A program made the position numbers and the translations under genes. Source: Chiloscyllium plagiosum (Eukaryota). Taken from it: a DNA stretch of 64,000 nucleotides. The notes under the pieces were generated by a model. The model did no database searches. It saw only the letters and a list, made by a program, of their open reading frames with translations, and had not been told where the DNA came from. This document shows, in pieces, positions 63,067 to 64,000 of the stretch (positions are counted from its first letter, which is position 1; each line of letters opens with the position of its first letter). The DNA is taken from positions 45,982,241 to 46,046,240 of the forward strand of contig NC_057729.1 in the NCBI RefSeq assembly GCF_004010195.1, written 5' to 3'.

Positions 63067-63299
63067 TTAATTCCCAAAGCAAGGGAATTAAAGCCATAGA
63101 AAGGAGTTACATCTCCTGATGATTTTACACACTGAGGATGCACACCAGGAACAGGTGTGTTCTACCTTTCCTAAGTAGCCTGGGTAGAAAGGTCAGGACA
63201 GAAGCATGGAGCTCCATAGTAATGCAAGAGAAAAGCAGTGAAGTGGAAATCTGACAGCGATCACCACTCCTCGGAAGATTAATCTTAATAAGAATTTAC

Positions 63300-63745
63300 A
63301 GCTTTACAGACTGAATATTCAGTTCAACAATTTCAGACTGTAATTTCAGCCCTTGTTTTGTTTCCTTTTTCTTTGCGTGTTTTAGTTCCAACTTTTTTCC
63401 TCTTGATTTTGCTTTTGCACTGTAATGGCTCATAGTTCTGCCACCTACACCTCCTCTTTTCTCTATCTGTCCTAATGCCATTCCCTTTGACCTTGCACTG
63501 CCAACTTTTTACTCAATTAATTTCTCTTGCCTAGGACCTTATCACAGACCTTCCCTTTTGTTCTTTTTCCCCACCCTTGCCCCGCTCCTTCCACTTGTTT
63601 ATAATCTGTCTCATTTTGAACATTCCCAAATCCGGTGAATAATCATTGAAAAGTTAATCATTGAAAATGTAACTTTGATCCTCTCTCCACATATGCTGCC
63701 AGATTTGCTGGGTGCTTCCAGCATTTTCAGTTTTCCTTTTAAATG
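63300..63745 (+). mobile_element. Old Penelope-like 3' end (ORF end, pyrimidine-rich UTR, degenerate terminus)
   Basis: 'ctgaatattcagttcaacaatttcaga' (LNIQFNNFR), a C/T-rich tract, then 'ctctccacatatgctgccagatttgctgggtgcttccagcattttc' resembling family B. Confidence 0.6.
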
Positions 63746-64000
63746 CAGACTTCTCTGTTTCCTTTGAGGTGGTGTCTGCTCTGCTATATTTTGCAGATTT
63801 CTGCTTCACACATTGTAAACAATTTTGATTTTCCTTGCTAAGTTTGTTTCTGGTCAAGATGGCAGCGGACTAGGACACTCCAACCGCTCCTCCGCTCCTT
63901 CTGTTTCTTTCTTTATTCTCCCTTTAGTTTTTTGGCAGCTTTCAGTCTGGTGTCCCAGCAGCTCTGGTGGCTCTCAGCCTGTCTCTCGGCAAGGTGCAGG

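Overview
Repeat-rich, apparently non-coding vertebrate DNA, almost certainly from a cartilaginous fish (shark). This is inferred from abundant HE1-type V-SINEs, their HER1/CR1 partner LINEs and Deu-domain (SacSINE1-like) SINEs. I find no credible host protein-coding exon; the recognisable ORFs are decayed CR1, Rex1/Babar and Penelope fragments. Other content: a Tc1/pogo-type MITE, a probable solo LTR, a ~32-bp degenerate minisatellite and two N gaps. The most notable signal is about 14 pieces from four sequence families of Penelope-like element (PLE) termini, most overlapping a minimal hammerhead-ribozyme core (CUGANGA-A-stem II-GAAA-palindromic stem III-UH). Two cores are fully intact (28335-28369 +, 36789-36821 -), and one is attached to a decayed GIY-YIG PLE. 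Many copies are 80-250 bp, TSD-flanked, often palindromic mini-elements. Their breakpoints cluster at the ribozyme, only one arm carries a ~30-40 nt tail, and in all four families that tail can pair back to an internal segment. Repeat family names come from recalled consensus features, not database searches, and boundaries of old repeats are approximate.
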